From: Chloroflexota bacterium
GTDB lineage: Bacteria > Chloroflexota > Dehalococcoidia > DSTF01 > RBG-16-68-14
DNA: 64,000 bases
Reading direction: 5' to 3'
Assembly (NCBI GenBank): GCA_022562155.1
Contig: JADFPV010000001.1
Location: forward strand, 16,508-80,507
Positions 27,688-38,079 of the stretch are shown here, piece by piece. The notes below the pieces were generated by a model. That model made no database searches. It worked only from the letters and a program-made list of their open reading frames with translations, and was not told the DNA's origin. Within the stretch, counting starts at the first letter, position 1; every line of letters begins with the position of its first letter. Made by a program: the position numbers and the translations under genes.

Positions 27688-28590
27688 ATGGCGAAAGCCG
27701 ATTCAGATGTCGCGATCAGTTCCCCGGATCTGATGCGCCGCGTGCGCCGGCTGGAGATCCGGGCGAAGCGACTCGTAGCCGAACGACTCTTCGGGCAATA
27801 CGGCAGCGTTTTTCGCGGTCGCGGCCTTGAGTTCTCCGAGGTGCGGGCGTACCAGCCCGGCGACGACATACGCATCATCGACTGGAACGTCACCGCGCGC
27901 ATGGGCGTCCCCTACGTCAAGAAGTTCGTCGAGGAGCGGGAGCTGACGGTGCTCATCGCCCTCGACCTGAGCGGCTCACAGCAGTTCGGCACGGAGGCTT
28001 CTACAAAGGCGGAACTCGGCGTCGAGCTGTCTGCTCTGCTCGCGTTTGCCGCCGTCGCTAATAACGACCTAGTGGGCTTGCTGACGTTCACCGACCAGAT
28101 CGAGACGTTTGTCCCGCCAGCCAAGGGATCAAGACACGCGTTGCGCATCCTCCGTGAACTTATCGGTGGCCGGCTTGCCAGCCGAGGAACAAGCATCTCC
28201 ACGGCTGTCGCGTATCTGCAACGTGCCCTGCGTCGGAGGGCCATCGTTTTCCTCATCTCCGACTTCCTGGACGAGGAGTTCGAATCCAACCTTCGTTATG
28301 CGGCCCGCCGCCATGATGTGATCGCGCTGGCCCTAAGCGATCCCCGCGAAAGCGTGATGGCGCCGATAGGCCTTGCCGAGTTCGAGGATGCGGAGACGGG
28401 ACGTCGTGTCTGGCTCGACACGGCCGATGCAGGCGTGCGACAGCGGTTCGCAGAGCGGGCGTCAGCTGATGCGCTTAGCCGCCGCCGGCAGCTTATGTCG
28501 TTGGGCGTTGACGTCGTCCCGATCTCGACCGAACACGACTACATCGTGCCGCTCACGGCATATCTGCAGGCCCGCGCCCGGAGGAGATAA
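27688..28590 (+). CDS. DUF58 domain protein (MoxR-system partner)
   Basis: Conserved RGRGLEFSEVRAYQPGDDIRIIDW block; vWA-like fold. Confidence 0.7.
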   Translation: MAKADSDVAISSPDLMRRVRRLEIRAKRLVAERLFGQYGSVFRGRGLEFSEVRAYQPGDDIRIIDWNVTARMGVPYVKKFVEERELTVLIALDLSGSQQFGTEASTKAELGVELSALLAFAAVANNDLVGLLTFTDQIETFVPPAKGSRHALRILRELIGGRLASRGTSISTAVAYLQRALRRRAIVFLISDFLDEEFESNLRYAARRHDVIALALSDPRESVMAPIGLAEFEDAETGRRVWLDTADAGVRQRFAERASADALSRRRQLMSLGVDVVPISTEHDYIVPLTAYLQARARRR

Positions 28591-28591
28591 C

Positions 28592-29524
28592 GTGCGTTGG
28601 GCCGTGTACGTGGCCGCTTTGGTGCTCGCGCTCGTCCTTAGTCGGGCGGGCGGGCAGGAAGCCTATTCAGCCCAAGTCACGATAGAGCCGCAGCACGTTA
28701 CCGTGGGCGACCGCATCACACTGTCCATCTCAGTAGAACACGACCCGGGAGTCGTGCTGGAAGCTCCTGACGATCCGGAAGCGTTTGCCCCTCTCGACCT
28801 CATCGACGTACCCGAGCCCGTTACGAGGGAGATCGCCGGCGGCCGCAGTGAGACGCTGTTCGAGTACGAGCTCGCAGCGTTCGTCATCGGCAATGTGGAG
28901 CTGAGTCCGCTCAGCATCACAGCGACCGGGGCGGAAGTACTCCGAGTGAAGCCGGCTTCGATCGTGGTTGAGAGCGTTGTGCCCCCGGACGTCCCGGTCC
29001 AGTTCCGAGATCTGAAGGCGCCCCTCCAAGCGTCAACCGGCCCGCCGAGGTGGATCTGGGCAGCGCTCTTCATGGCAGGGTTCGCGGCCATCTCTGTCTT
29101 CACGATGGCCCTTGCGCGCGTTCCCACGCTGAGCCGCCCGCCCGTGCTTGTGAAGGAGCCTGTGGAGCCGGAGGAGGATGCCCAAGACATCATCCGAGCA
29201 GAGTTCACCGACCTCGAGGAAGCGGGCCTTCTCGACAATGGAGAGCTGACTGACTACTACGAGCGCATAGGAGAGACCTTACGCCGCTACCTGTCGCGGC
29301 GCTTCGACGTTCCGGCGATCGCGATGACGCCGAGCGAGATCGAGAAGCAGCTCGACGCTATCGCCATGAACAAGCTCGCGGTCCGACAGGTCGTGAGCAC
29401 GTTGGAGCAGTGCCAGGCTGTCCAGTTCGCCGGATACAGACCGGCTCGGGAACGGGCCAAGGCTGATCTCGCTGCGGCGCGTGAGGTCGTCAGGCTCACG
29501 TCGGAAGCGGAGCCAGGAGAATGA
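28592..29524 (+). CDS. BatD-like/DUF4381-like secreted/membrane protein
   Basis: GTG start after GGAGGAG; signal peptide, central TM. Position between DUF58 and BatA as in bat operons. Confidence 0.4.
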   Translation: MRWAVYVAALVLALVLSRAGGQEAYSAQVTIEPQHVTVGDRITLSISVEHDPGVVLEAPDDPEAFAPLDLIDVPEPVTREIAGGRSETLFEYELAAFVIGNVELSPLSITATGAEVLRVKPASIVVESVVPPDVPVQFRDLKAPLQASTGPPRWIWAALFMAGFAAISVFTMALARVPTLSRPPVLVKEPVEPEEDAQDIIRAEFTDLEEAGLLDNGELTDYYERIGETLRRYLSRRFDVPAIAMTPSEIEKQLDAIAMNKLAVRQVVSTLEQCQAVQFAGYRPARERAKADLAAAREVVRLTSEAEPGE

Positions 29525-30477
29525 ACCTTCAGTTCGACTGGCCACTGGCGCTGGTACTCCTGACCGTCGTCCTCCTGTTGGCGGTGTGGCAGTTCCGCAG
29601 TGGAGCACCTCGCCCCACCCTGCGCTTGAGTAACCTTTCAGGCGCCGAGGGCATCGCGGCCTCATGGCGCGTTCGTATCCGATGGCTCCCGGTCGTGCTG
29701 CGTCTGGCGGCGATTGCGCTCCTGATCGTCGCTGTCGCGAGGCCGCAAAGTGGCCAGGCCGAGTCTGTTCTGCCTCAGGAAGGTATCGATATCGTCCTCG
29801 TCCTCGACACATCCACGAGCATGCGACAGCCCGTGGCCGGCGGAGAATCGCGGCTGGAGATCGCGCAGCGAGTCCTGCGCAGGTTTGTCGCAGAGCGCGA
29901 GACGGACCGGCTGGGCCTCGTCGCCTTCCGTTCGCGTAGCTTCGTTCTCAGCCCGCTGACGGTCGACTACAGCGCTTTCCAGAGCCTCGTCGACGGCGCA
30001 GACGACCTCGATCTGCCGAATGGCACCGCGATCGGGCTCGCGCTCACGGACGCCATCAACCTGCTGCGCGACTCGAAGGCCGAGAGCCGCATCGTAATAT
30101 TGCTCAGCGACGGCGAGAATAACCGGCCCGAGGTCGAGCCGACGGCTGCGGCACGCATCGCTCAGGCGCTGGGCGTTCGCATCTACACCATCGGCGTGAC
30201 GGATGTTGCGTCTGTGGAAGGCTCGCCTGCCCCATTCCAACTCAACGAAACGGTGCTCCGCACAGTCGCGGAGTTGACGGACGGCCGCTATTTTCGCGCC
30301 GCTCCCGAAGCGCTCGGCGATGTCTACGACTCTATCGATTCGCTCGAGCGGTCCCGCATTGGTCCCGAGCGTTTCGCCTCGGTGGATGAGCTGGCGCCCT
30401 ACGCACTCGGCCTCGCCCTCGCTCTGATTGCGCTGGAGGTTGTCCTGAGTACGTTCGTGCTACGCCGGATGCCCTAA
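29521..30477 (+). CDS. vWA domain protein BatA-like
   Basis: 2 N-terminal TM, MIDAS DTSTSM, C-terminal TM. Confidence 0.7.
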   Translation: MNLQFDWPLALVLLTVVLLLAVWQFRSGAPRPTLRLSNLSGAEGIAASWRVRIRWLPVVLRLAAIALLIVAVARPQSGQAESVLPQEGIDIVLVLDTSTSMRQPVAGGESRLEIAQRVLRRFVAERETDRLGLVAFRSRSFVLSPLTVDYSAFQSLVDGADDLDLPNGTAIGLALTDAINLLRDSKAESRIVILLSDGENNRPEVEPTAAARIAQALGVRIYTIGVTDVASVEGSPAPFQLNETVLRTVAELTDGRYFRAAPEALGDVYDSIDSLERSRIGPERFASVDELAPYALGLALALIALEVVLSTFVLRRMP

Positions 30478-32153
30478 TGAGTTTCGAATCGCCGGCCTAT
30501 CTCGCCCTGCTGCTGTTGTGTCCGGTGGCGCTACTGGCGTACGTAACGCTGGCCCGCTGGCGTCGAGATGCGGCGGCCCTGTTCGCTCCCGGCCGGACCG
30601 AACGCGCAATCGATGGGACATCGAACGCGATGCGGACGATCAAAGCATCGCTTGTAGTGCTGGCCGTTGCACTTCTGGCCGTAGCGTTGGCACGGCCGCT
30701 CATCGGAGACCAGCACGTTGTCGTCGAGCAGGAGGGCGCTGATGTCGTCATCGCGCTAGACGTGTCACGCAGCATGCTCGCGGCCGACGTAGAGCCGACG
30801 AGACTGGATCAAGCGATGGAGCAGACTGCTGCGCTCGTCGAGCGCTTGCGTGGTCATCGTGTGGGGCTCGTGATCTTCGCCGGGACGGCGGTGGTGCGTT
30901 CGCCGCTCACGACCGATACCGCGCCACTGCGCGTGTTCGTCGCCGGGGCCCGAGAGGACAGCTTGCTCGTCGAGCCGGGATCCGATCTGGGAGCCGCCGT
31001 GCGGGCCGGCATGCGTGTTCTCCAGAACAGCGATACAGAGAGCCGCGTGATCCTGCTCATCTCAGACGGGGAGGACCACGAGGGCGACGCGCTTCCGGCA
31101 GCGTCAGCGGCCGCGTCCCAGGGCATCCTGCTCTACACTGCCGGGTTCGGTACGCTATCCGGTGCTGCCGTGCCGGACGAAGAGCCCGTCCAGGGCGTAC
31201 CTGTGGTCACGCGGTTCAATGAAGGCCTGCTGCGACAAATATCTATCGAAAGTGTCGGAGGCCGCTACGCTCCCGGCACACAACTGGCCGGTCTGGCTGA
31301 TGACATCGACCGCCTTGATCGCTCTATCTTCGCCAGTGAGCGCCAACGGCTACCGATAGAGCGCTTCCAGTGGGTCGCGCTCGCAGTGGTACTCCTGCTC
31401 GTCTTAGAGATGATGCTGCCGGAGCGCGGTTTGCGTCTGCGCCTGCCGCGTCGCGTTCCCCAGGTGGCAGGGGCAGTTGGCCTTCTCAGCACGCTCCTTC
31501 TGGTGGGAGCCGCGTGCAGCTCTGCGGCGGCCGACCTGATTGCCGAGGGAAACAGAGCCTACGAACGCGCCGACTATGCGGAAGCGTTGGAGTCATTCCG
31601 CCGCGCGGCGGTCGACGATCCGGACAGGCCGGAGCCGCATTACAACGCAGGCGCGACGCTTCATCGGCTGGAGGAATACGAGCTTGCGGCCGCCGCGACC
31701 GTTCGCTCATTTCCTATCGATGACCCTCTAGAAGCCGCTCAGGCCTATTACAACCTCGGCAGCCACTATGCGCTGCTGGGCGAGCTGGACGAGGCGTTTA
31801 GCGCCTTCCGACAGGCATTGCTGCTCGATCCCGACGATGTCGACGGCAAGTACAACCTAGAGCTGGTGCGGCAACTCATGATCCAGCAAGTGACGGCGGA
31901 AGGCTCGCCCGGCGAGCAGGAGCCAGGCGACGACGGCGACTCAGATGCCTCCAGTGGCGAAGCGACGGTGGGTCTGGAGGCCAGGCAGGAGGCGCTGAGC
32001 CAGGCGCTGCGAGCGGCGCTCGCTGGAGCGGAAGATGAACTGACAGTGAGCGAAGCGCTCAGTGCGCTGCAGCTGGCGCAGGAACTGAACTCGACGCTGC
32101 CTTTGGCTGACCAGGTCGACCAGCCAAGCTCCTCGGATAGCCCTGACTACTGA
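30477..32153 (+). CDS. vWA + TPR protein BatB-like
   Basis: MIDAS DVSRSM, TM, C-terminal TPR repeats, acidic tail. Confidence 0.7.
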   Translation: MSFESPAYLALLLLCPVALLAYVTLARWRRDAAALFAPGRTERAIDGTSNAMRTIKASLVVLAVALLAVALARPLIGDQHVVVEQEGADVVIALDVSRSMLAADVEPTRLDQAMEQTAALVERLRGHRVGLVIFAGTAVVRSPLTTDTAPLRVFVAGAREDSLLVEPGSDLGAAVRAGMRVLQNSDTESRVILLISDGEDHEGDALPAASAAASQGILLYTAGFGTLSGAAVPDEEPVQGVPVVTRFNEGLLRQISIESVGGRYAPGTQLAGLADDIDRLDRSIFASERQRLPIERFQWVALAVVLLLVLEMMLPERGLRLRLPRRVPQVAGAVGLLSTLLLVGAACSSAAADLIAEGNRAYERADYAEALESFRRAAVDDPDRPEPHYNAGATLHRLEEYELAAAATVRSFPIDDPLEAAQAYYNLGSHYALLGELDEAFSAFRQALLLDPDDVDGKYNLELVRQLMIQQVTAEGSPGEQEPGDDGDSDASSGEATVGLEARQEALSQALRAALAGAEDELTVSEALSALQLAQELNSTLPLADQVDQPSSSDSPDY

Positions 32154-32164
32154 CCGCGAGCGGC

Positions 32165-32653
32165 CTAGTAGTGGACGCCCTCCGCCTCGAGCAGTCTCCT
32201 TTTGAGATTGATGTCACCGCCGAACCCGCCGATGCCGTTCGACGCCACCACTCGATGGCAGGGAATGAGCAGCGGGATCGGGTTGGAGCCCACGGCCTGG
32301 CCAACAGCTCTGGCGGCGCCGGGATAGCCGATTCGTTCAGCAAGCTCCCCATACGTGAGCACTTCGCCCTTTGGGATTGTGCTGACGCCGTACCAGACGG
32401 CGCGTTGGAACTTCGTGCCGGTCCCTATGCGAACGTTGCCGTCCAGCTCGATGTCGTCTCCCGCTGCCGCGCGCATCACCATGTCGATGAACGGCGCGGC
32501 CTCTTCTTCGCTGGCGGGCTCGTCGGCGCCCCAGTCGGTGATCGCCAGTTCCGCCGCCCCTCGCGACGCCGGTAGCGCGGCTGCGCAGACGGCACCGGCC
32601 TCGATGCCAATGGCCGCCCAGCCGAGGTTCGTCTCAATCAATACGTGCTTCAT
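32165..32653 (-). CDS. ogt: Methylated-DNA-protein-cysteine methyltransferase
   Basis: Active site IPCHRVV. Confidence 0.9.
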   Translation of the reverse strand: MKHVLIETNLGWAAIGIEAGAVCAAALPASRGAAELAITDWGADEPASEEEAAPFIDMVMRAAAGDDIELDGNVRIGTGTKFQRAVWYGVSTIPKGEVLTYGELAERIGYPGAARAVGQAVGSNPIPLLIPCHRVVASNGIGGFGGDINLKRRLLEAEGVHY

Positions 32654-32699
32654 GGGAATCTACGAGGCCAGCATAGTCAGGGTGTGTTGGGCCGTCAAG

Positions 32700-34991
32700 C
32701 TACTTCAGCCGGAGCAGCTTCCGCAGTAATCTGTTTCGAACCCTCTGCCAGGTATCTGTGAAGCCCGCGCCCTCCTGAGCCGCCGCGGTCTCCTGGCTAA
32801 ACTGCTGTTGGACGTATCTGTCAGCGAGTACGTCGACGCCGTCAAGCCCGCCTACTCGCTCCCCTAGCTTGGCGGCAAACTCATGGGGCGTCTGCGCCGG
32901 GTCCGGTCCGTTGCCGGACCACGAGGCCAAACGGATCGTCTGCTCCCAGCGCTGCGCCGCCTCGGGCACCCCTGCAAGTCCGCGCACCCAGAGGTAGCGC
33001 CCCCAGCCAGCGCCCGTCATGAGAATCGCGCCTAGTCCGGCCAACACACCGAGGAGGATCCAGCGGTTTCGGTTGCTGGATGAGCCGGTTCCCAGCGCCA
33101 GCGCGCCGGCGTCGCCTTCAGCTCCTATCTGGCCGGGCAGGTTCTCCAAACCGAGCGTCGCTGGAACGTCCTCGCCGTCCTCGTCGTCGGCCGCTGTGGC
33201 GATGATCGGTTCAAACCGCTGGATGCGCGGCTGGCTGGGCGTCGGGTTGAACTCGATCCAGCCGAACCCCGGGAAGTAGACCTCTGGCCACGCGAAGGCG
33301 CTTTGCTCGGTGACGCGGTAACGATTCGTATTCGGCTGACGCTCCTCAGGCTGGAGTACGTAGCCGACGGCCAACCGCGCCGGAATGTCGATCGACCGGA
33401 GTATCACGACCATCGCCGATGCGTGGTAGTCGAAGTAGCCCCGCTGGAGTTCGAAAAGGAAGTAGGTGATCGTGTCAAGGCCGCGCGGCGTCTGCGGGAT
33501 GTCCAGGTCTATTGGGAATGTACGCAGGTAATCCTCGATGCTCGCAGCCGCGTCATACGCGTTCGTGTCGGCCGCTGTCAGTCCCAAAGCGAGCCGACGG
33601 ACGTCGATAAATACGTTGACTGGTAACTCGCGATAGGTGAGTTGCATGACCGCCGGATAGTCGTTGCCGGCGCTGCGCAACTCCTCTACCGTCGCCACGG
33701 ACAAGCTGCCGGTCGTCTGGAAGGTCGAACCGTCGCGTAAGCTGCCAGTGAGGTTGACTCCGGTGACATTCTCTAGTCCAGACATCCACAGCGCTGTGGC
33801 AGGCTCATCCACGCGGCGTGGCTGGCCGATGCTGAACGCGGTATCGCCCGTCTTCCCCTCCGACGTGATCCAGGCGGACACCGTCGTCCGAGCGCTCAGG
33901 TCATCGTCGACACGTGTGATCTCATCCGCCTCGAGTTCGATGTCGCGGCGCGCCCCCTGGCGCCAGCCGGTCGGTGTGTAAATCTCGAACGACTTGGCGC
34001 GCAAGTAGCGGCGCTGGTCGAGCGGTTCGGTCACAACGTCGAGCACCAGCGTCTCCGGCAGCTCGATTGCTCCCTGGAACGGCACGAAGTTGTCGTATCG
34101 ATGCACGAGCGCGTCTTGCGGCCCACGCACAGCCACGAAGAGGCGGCTGAGCCGCTCGGCCCGGGCAGAGATCGGAGCGGTCGCGTTATCCCAAGCTGCC
34201 CCCAGCGGCCCGGATTCGCCGGCCTGCGGCATGATCCACGCTACTACCATCAGCACGATCGCCAGCCAGAATGTCACATGGAGGACGGAGAGGCTTAGGA
34301 ATGGCGGGTACGGCGTGTCCTCCTCTCGCCACGCCTTAGAACGCGATATGAGATGCAGGCGCGTAACCAGCAACGCCCCGGCAAACAGGAACACGAGGAC
34401 GGAGAAGCTGAACTGGTCTGAAAAATAGCTGACGTTCGAGAGCAGCAGGAAGCCGGCTGGGATCAGTGCCAGCCAGACGTTTCGCCAGCGGAACACCGCG
34501 CACGACGAGAGGTAGGCTGCCAGCCAGGCCAGCGGGACGACCAGCACGATGAACGGCAGGTCGTCGCTGCTGATGCCGCCGTTGAACGCGATGTTGAACC
34601 AGGCGCCCATGCGCTCGTGCAGCTCGTCGTACCGCGCCCACGGCGTCGCGCCCGGGACGATGCTCAGGATCGTGCTGAGAGCGGCAGCTGCTCCGAGCGG
34701 CAGCGCCAGGAGATGGATCGCGACCTCTGGCCAGCGTACGCGGGCCAGCATCGCGCCCATGAGCAGGCCGAAGAACGTGATCGGGTACAGCGATGGCATC
34801 TCGGCTACCCACCCGGCCCGATACACGGAATCGACAACGGCGAACAGGATCAGGCTCAGAAGGAGGAAGCTGAGCACGTCCTCCCACCAGAAGAAGCGAC
34901 GCCACCCTTGCGGCTCCTGGGGTATGTCCGGCGTCAGCACCAGCGACTCGCGCCGGGGCGCGAACATCTCGTTCCAGCTTGCCTGTCTCAT
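32700..34991 (-). CDS. Transglutaminase-like domain membrane protein (TgpA-like), catalytic Cys apparently replaced
   Basis: Multi-TM N-terminal half (DUF3488-like). TGase core DIPARLAVGY..FAWPEVYFPGFGWIEFNPT; nucleophile position reads GYFDYHAS rather than G.C..(Y/F)A. Confidence 0.65.
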   Translation of the reverse strand: MRQASWNEMFAPRRESLVLTPDIPQEPQGWRRFFWWEDVLSFLLLSLILFAVVDSVYRAGWVAEMPSLYPITFFGLLMGAMLARVRWPEVAIHLLALPLGAAAALSTILSIVPGATPWARYDELHERMGAWFNIAFNGGISSDDLPFIVLVVPLAWLAAYLSSCAVFRWRNVWLALIPAGFLLLSNVSYFSDQFSFSVLVFLFAGALLVTRLHLISRSKAWREEDTPYPPFLSLSVLHVTFWLAIVLMVVAWIMPQAGESGPLGAAWDNATAPISARAERLSRLFVAVRGPQDALVHRYDNFVPFQGAIELPETLVLDVVTEPLDQRRYLRAKSFEIYTPTGWRQGARRDIELEADEITRVDDDLSARTTVSAWITSEGKTGDTAFSIGQPRRVDEPATALWMSGLENVTGVNLTGSLRDGSTFQTTGSLSVATVEELRSAGNDYPAVMQLTYRELPVNVFIDVRRLALGLTAADTNAYDAAASIEDYLRTFPIDLDIPQTPRGLDTITYFLFELQRGYFDYHASAMVVILRSIDIPARLAVGYVLQPEERQPNTNRYRVTEQSAFAWPEVYFPGFGWIEFNPTPSQPRIQRFEPIIATAADDEDGEDVPATLGLENLPGQIGAEGDAGALALGTGSSSNRNRWILLGVLAGLGAILMTGAGWGRYLWVRGLAGVPEAAQRWEQTIRLASWSGNGPDPAQTPHEFAAKLGERVGGLDGVDVLADRYVQQQFSQETAAAQEGAGFTDTWQRVRNRLLRKLLRLK

Positions 34992-36250
34992 GTGCCGCTC
35001 CCAGTCGTTGTGGCGGCACCAACCTCGGTTCCCAGCGTCCGCGCCAGGTCGTCGCTGCGTTTGACCATATACGTGGAGATGCCGGCGGCCGTCAGCGCGC
35101 CGAACACGAGCAGCGCGCTCGCTTCGCCGCCGTAGGTGCTCGGTTCGAGGAGGACGGAGGCAAGCTTGACGCCGCGTCCCGCCAGCATCTGCATGCTGAC
35201 GACCCAGGACTCATCCGTCGATGACGTGATCGCGACGAGCGTCGTGTGGCGCCCGAAGCGCGGACTCTCATGGTTGAGCAGATCCGCCAGCGTCACGTCG
35301 CCAATCGCTCTGGCCAACGCGAGTTGCTCCAAGATGCGCGTGTACTGCGACACGCCGCGTTGCGCCTCTTCGATGTGTAGCTGCTGGCCATACGCCATGA
35401 AGCCGACGCTGCGGTTGGCCAGCAGGAAGTAGCGCGCGATCGACGCGGCGATGCGCACGCCGTGCTCCTCGGTGCCGTCATCGCCCTCGCCGCTTTGTAT
35501 GTCTTCGTGCAGGTCCAGCACCAGCCAGATGTCGCTCGCCGGGTCCAGCTCAAAGAGCTTCACGGCCAGGTTGCCCGTGCGCGCCGTCGTGCGCCAGTGG
35601 ATTCGGTTAAAGCTGTCGCCGGGCTGGTAGTCACGGACGCCGGACGCGTTCGGCGTAATCAAGTGGCTTGGCCTTCGGAAGCGGCCCTCTCCCGGCAGCA
35701 GGGCTGGTGGCACAGAGAAGTTCGGCAGCTCGACGGCGCGCGGATAGACAAGGACGTGCTGGGACCGCCCGAACGCCTTCGTCTTCCGGAACATGCCGAA
35801 CAGGTCCCCGGACGTGATTTGAAGCGGCCCGATGCTATAGCGGCCGCGTCGCCTGCACTGCGAGACCGTGCGCCACGTTCGTCGCTGCTTCGGTCCAAGG
35901 CTGATGACGCGCTTCGCGCTGTGGCCCGGCAGGTCGGATGGGTCCTCGACTTCCAGCCAGAGCTTCGTGAACCAGCTCGTATTCGTGACGGTGATGCGCT
36001 CCTCGAAGTCGTTGCCTTCCTGCAGCCGGTCTACGGGCCGTTCTACCGTGACCTCCAGGTGGTTCAGGTTGAAGCGCGTCCAGACATAGGCCAGCGGGAT
36101 CGCGATTAGGATCAGGTTCGCCAGTCGCGACATCAGCCAAAAGTCGTTCGAGAGCGCAACAATCAGCGCCACGAAGAACAGCGTCGTGAGGATCGTGAGC
36201 GAGCGGCGCTCAATGAAGAGGATGCGAAAGAGGCGCAGGAGCCCGCGCAT
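34988..36250 (-). CDS. DUF58 domain protein
   Basis: 2 N-terminal TM; DUF58 core; overlaps TGase stop. Confidence 0.7.
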   Translation of the reverse strand: MRGLLRLFRILFIERRSLTILTTLFFVALIVALSNDFWLMSRLANLILIAIPLAYVWTRFNLNHLEVTVERPVDRLQEGNDFEERITVTNTSWFTKLWLEVEDPSDLPGHSAKRVISLGPKQRRTWRTVSQCRRRGRYSIGPLQITSGDLFGMFRKTKAFGRSQHVLVYPRAVELPNFSVPPALLPGEGRFRRPSHLITPNASGVRDYQPGDSFNRIHWRTTARTGNLAVKLFELDPASDIWLVLDLHEDIQSGEGDDGTEEHGVRIAASIARYFLLANRSVGFMAYGQQLHIEEAQRGVSQYTRILEQLALARAIGDVTLADLLNHESPRFGRHTTLVAITSSTDESWVVSMQMLAGRGVKLASVLLEPSTYGGEASALLVFGALTAAGISTYMVKRSDDLARTLGTEVGAATTTGSGT

Positions 36251-36256
36251 CGCTCG

Positions 36257-37306
36257 TTAGCGAGCGGGCTGCTCGCTAGGCCGTCCGGGGCGGGCGCCGG
36301 GCACGGGCACACGCGCTAGGCAATCTTCGACAATGTTCGCTGGTGCTATGTCCTTGACGCGCGCTGAGGGGCTGATGATGATTCGATGTCCCAGCGTCGC
36401 CAGCGCCAGCTCCTTGACGTCGTCGGGCCGGACAAAGTCGCGTCCGTCCAGTAGCGCCCAGGCTTGGCTCGTCCGGTAGAGCGCCAGTGAGCCCCGAGGC
36501 GAGGCGCCCAAATACACCGACTCGTGCTCTCGAGTCGCGGCGCTCACCGCGGCGATGTACTGCTTGATCAGCGGGTCTACGTAGATCTCTTTGATGGCGC
36601 GCTGGATGCTCAAGATCTCATTGGGATCGGTCACCTGTTCCAGCGAATCGATCGGATGGGCGAGTTGCTGGGCTTCCATGATCAGCACCTCGTCGGTCTG
36701 GCTTGGGTAGCCCAGCTCGATACGCAGCAGAAAACGGTCCAGTTCCGCTTCCGGCAGTGGGAACGTGCCCTCGTACTCGATCGGGTTCTGCGTCGCAAGC
36801 ACGATGAACGGCTGCGGCAGCTTGTGCGTCACGCCATCGACGGTGACCTGGCCCTCCCCCATCGATTCCAAGAGCGCGGACTGGGTCTTCGGCGTCGCAC
36901 GATTGATCTCGTCGGCAAGCACGACCTGCGCGATGATCGGTCCCTCATGGAACTCGAAGTCGCCTGTCTTCTGGTTGTAGATCGAAACGCCGGTCACGTC
37001 TGTGGGTAGCAGGTCGGGTGTGAACTGGATGCGGCGGAAGCTGCAGCCGGTCGAAGTCGCCAGGCTTCGCGCCAAAATCGTCTTACCTACGCCCGGCACA
37101 TCCTCGATCAGCACGTGGCCTCGGCACATCAACGCGACGAGGGCGAGACGAACGGCTTCCGCCTTGCCTATGATGACGCGCTCGACGTTCTGGAGGATGC
37201 GCTCCGCGATGATCTTCGGGTCTTCCAAGACACCTCCACATGCGAAACTCCGTGCGTTCGCAGCCCGTCGATTATAGCAGCCGCGAGCGCCGCCTAGGTG
37301 AGCCAC
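36257..37306 (-). CDS. MoxR-family AAA+ ATPase
   Basis: Walker A GVPGVGKT, Walker B, sensor motifs. Confidence 0.9.
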   Translation of the reverse strand: MAHLGGARGCYNRRAANARSFACGGVLEDPKIIAERILQNVERVIIGKAEAVRLALVALMCRGHVLIEDVPGVGKTILARSLATSTGCSFRRIQFTPDLLPTDVTGVSIYNQKTGDFEFHEGPIIAQVVLADEINRATPKTQSALLESMGEGQVTVDGVTHKLPQPFIVLATQNPIEYEGTFPLPEAELDRFLLRIELGYPSQTDEVLIMEAQQLAHPIDSLEQVTDPNEILSIQRAIKEIYVDPLIKQYIAAVSAATREHESVYLGASPRGSLALYRTSQAWALLDGRDFVRPDDVKELALATLGHRIIISPSARVKDIAPANIVEDCLARVPVPGARPGRPSEQPAR

Positions 37307-37520
37307 ATTCCGAGAATCGAAAGCGGTTGGACCCTGCCGGATGGCTGTGGGGAAAGGGCCGTCTGGCAGACGTAGATCAACATGGCAGGCACTAGGCTAA
37401 GCTCTCAAGCCCCGATGGTAGAGGTATCGAGCGGGTAGACATGACGAAAGCACGTAGTCCACCCCCGTTCCGTAACTCGCATCTCAGAAGAGGCCCCGTA
37501 CTAGCGGAAGGAGCAATGCC

Positions 37521-37958
37521 ATGAAGTTCCCGTCCACGCAATGGTTTGAGGCACTCCAAATACAGGCAGCTCAAGAGCCTGACAAGTTCAAGAAGTTCGG
37601 CTTCGTCGACGCGAATGTGGGCGTCATGGTGGCCCCTAAGAACGGTGGTCCGGGGGCCGGTTTCATCCTGGAGTTCAAAGGGTACGGCTGCAAAAGAGTC
37701 TCCGAGGCGGACAATCCGGCGGAGTTGGCTGATTTCGTTGTGACCGGCACGTCCGACGCATGGCAGGAGATGATCGAGAACATCCACAGCAACGGCGAAG
37801 CAGACCTCGATCACACACTCGACGCCCTCACGCTTTCCGGCGCCTCGTTGAAGATCGAGGCCGAGGACCAGCTACAAGAAGACCTCTTCCACCGGTACAG
37901 CCAGACGTTACACGAGTTTTTCAACGGGGCGGCTGAAATTGAGACGGAATTCGACTGA
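37521..37958 (+). CDS. SCP2-like sterol-carrier domain protein
   Basis: ~145 aa SCP2 fold pattern. Paralogous C-terminus to the fragment at 3..161. Confidence 0.45.
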   Translation: MKFPSTQWFEALQIQAAQEPDKFKKFGFVDANVGVMVAPKNGGPGAGFILEFKGYGCKRVSEADNPAELADFVVTGTSDAWQEMIENIHSNGEADLDHTLDALTLSGASLKIEAEDQLQEDLFHRYSQTLHEFFNGAAEIETEFD

Positions 37959-38079
37959 TCTTGGGCGAGGTAGCGCGACCGACAGACTCGTAAGGCAGAG
38001 TTGCGCAGGATCCTCCAATAGCTCGCAGGCAGGTGCATCAGGTTACCCTGCGGCTCGATGTACAATACTGGCAAGCCCA

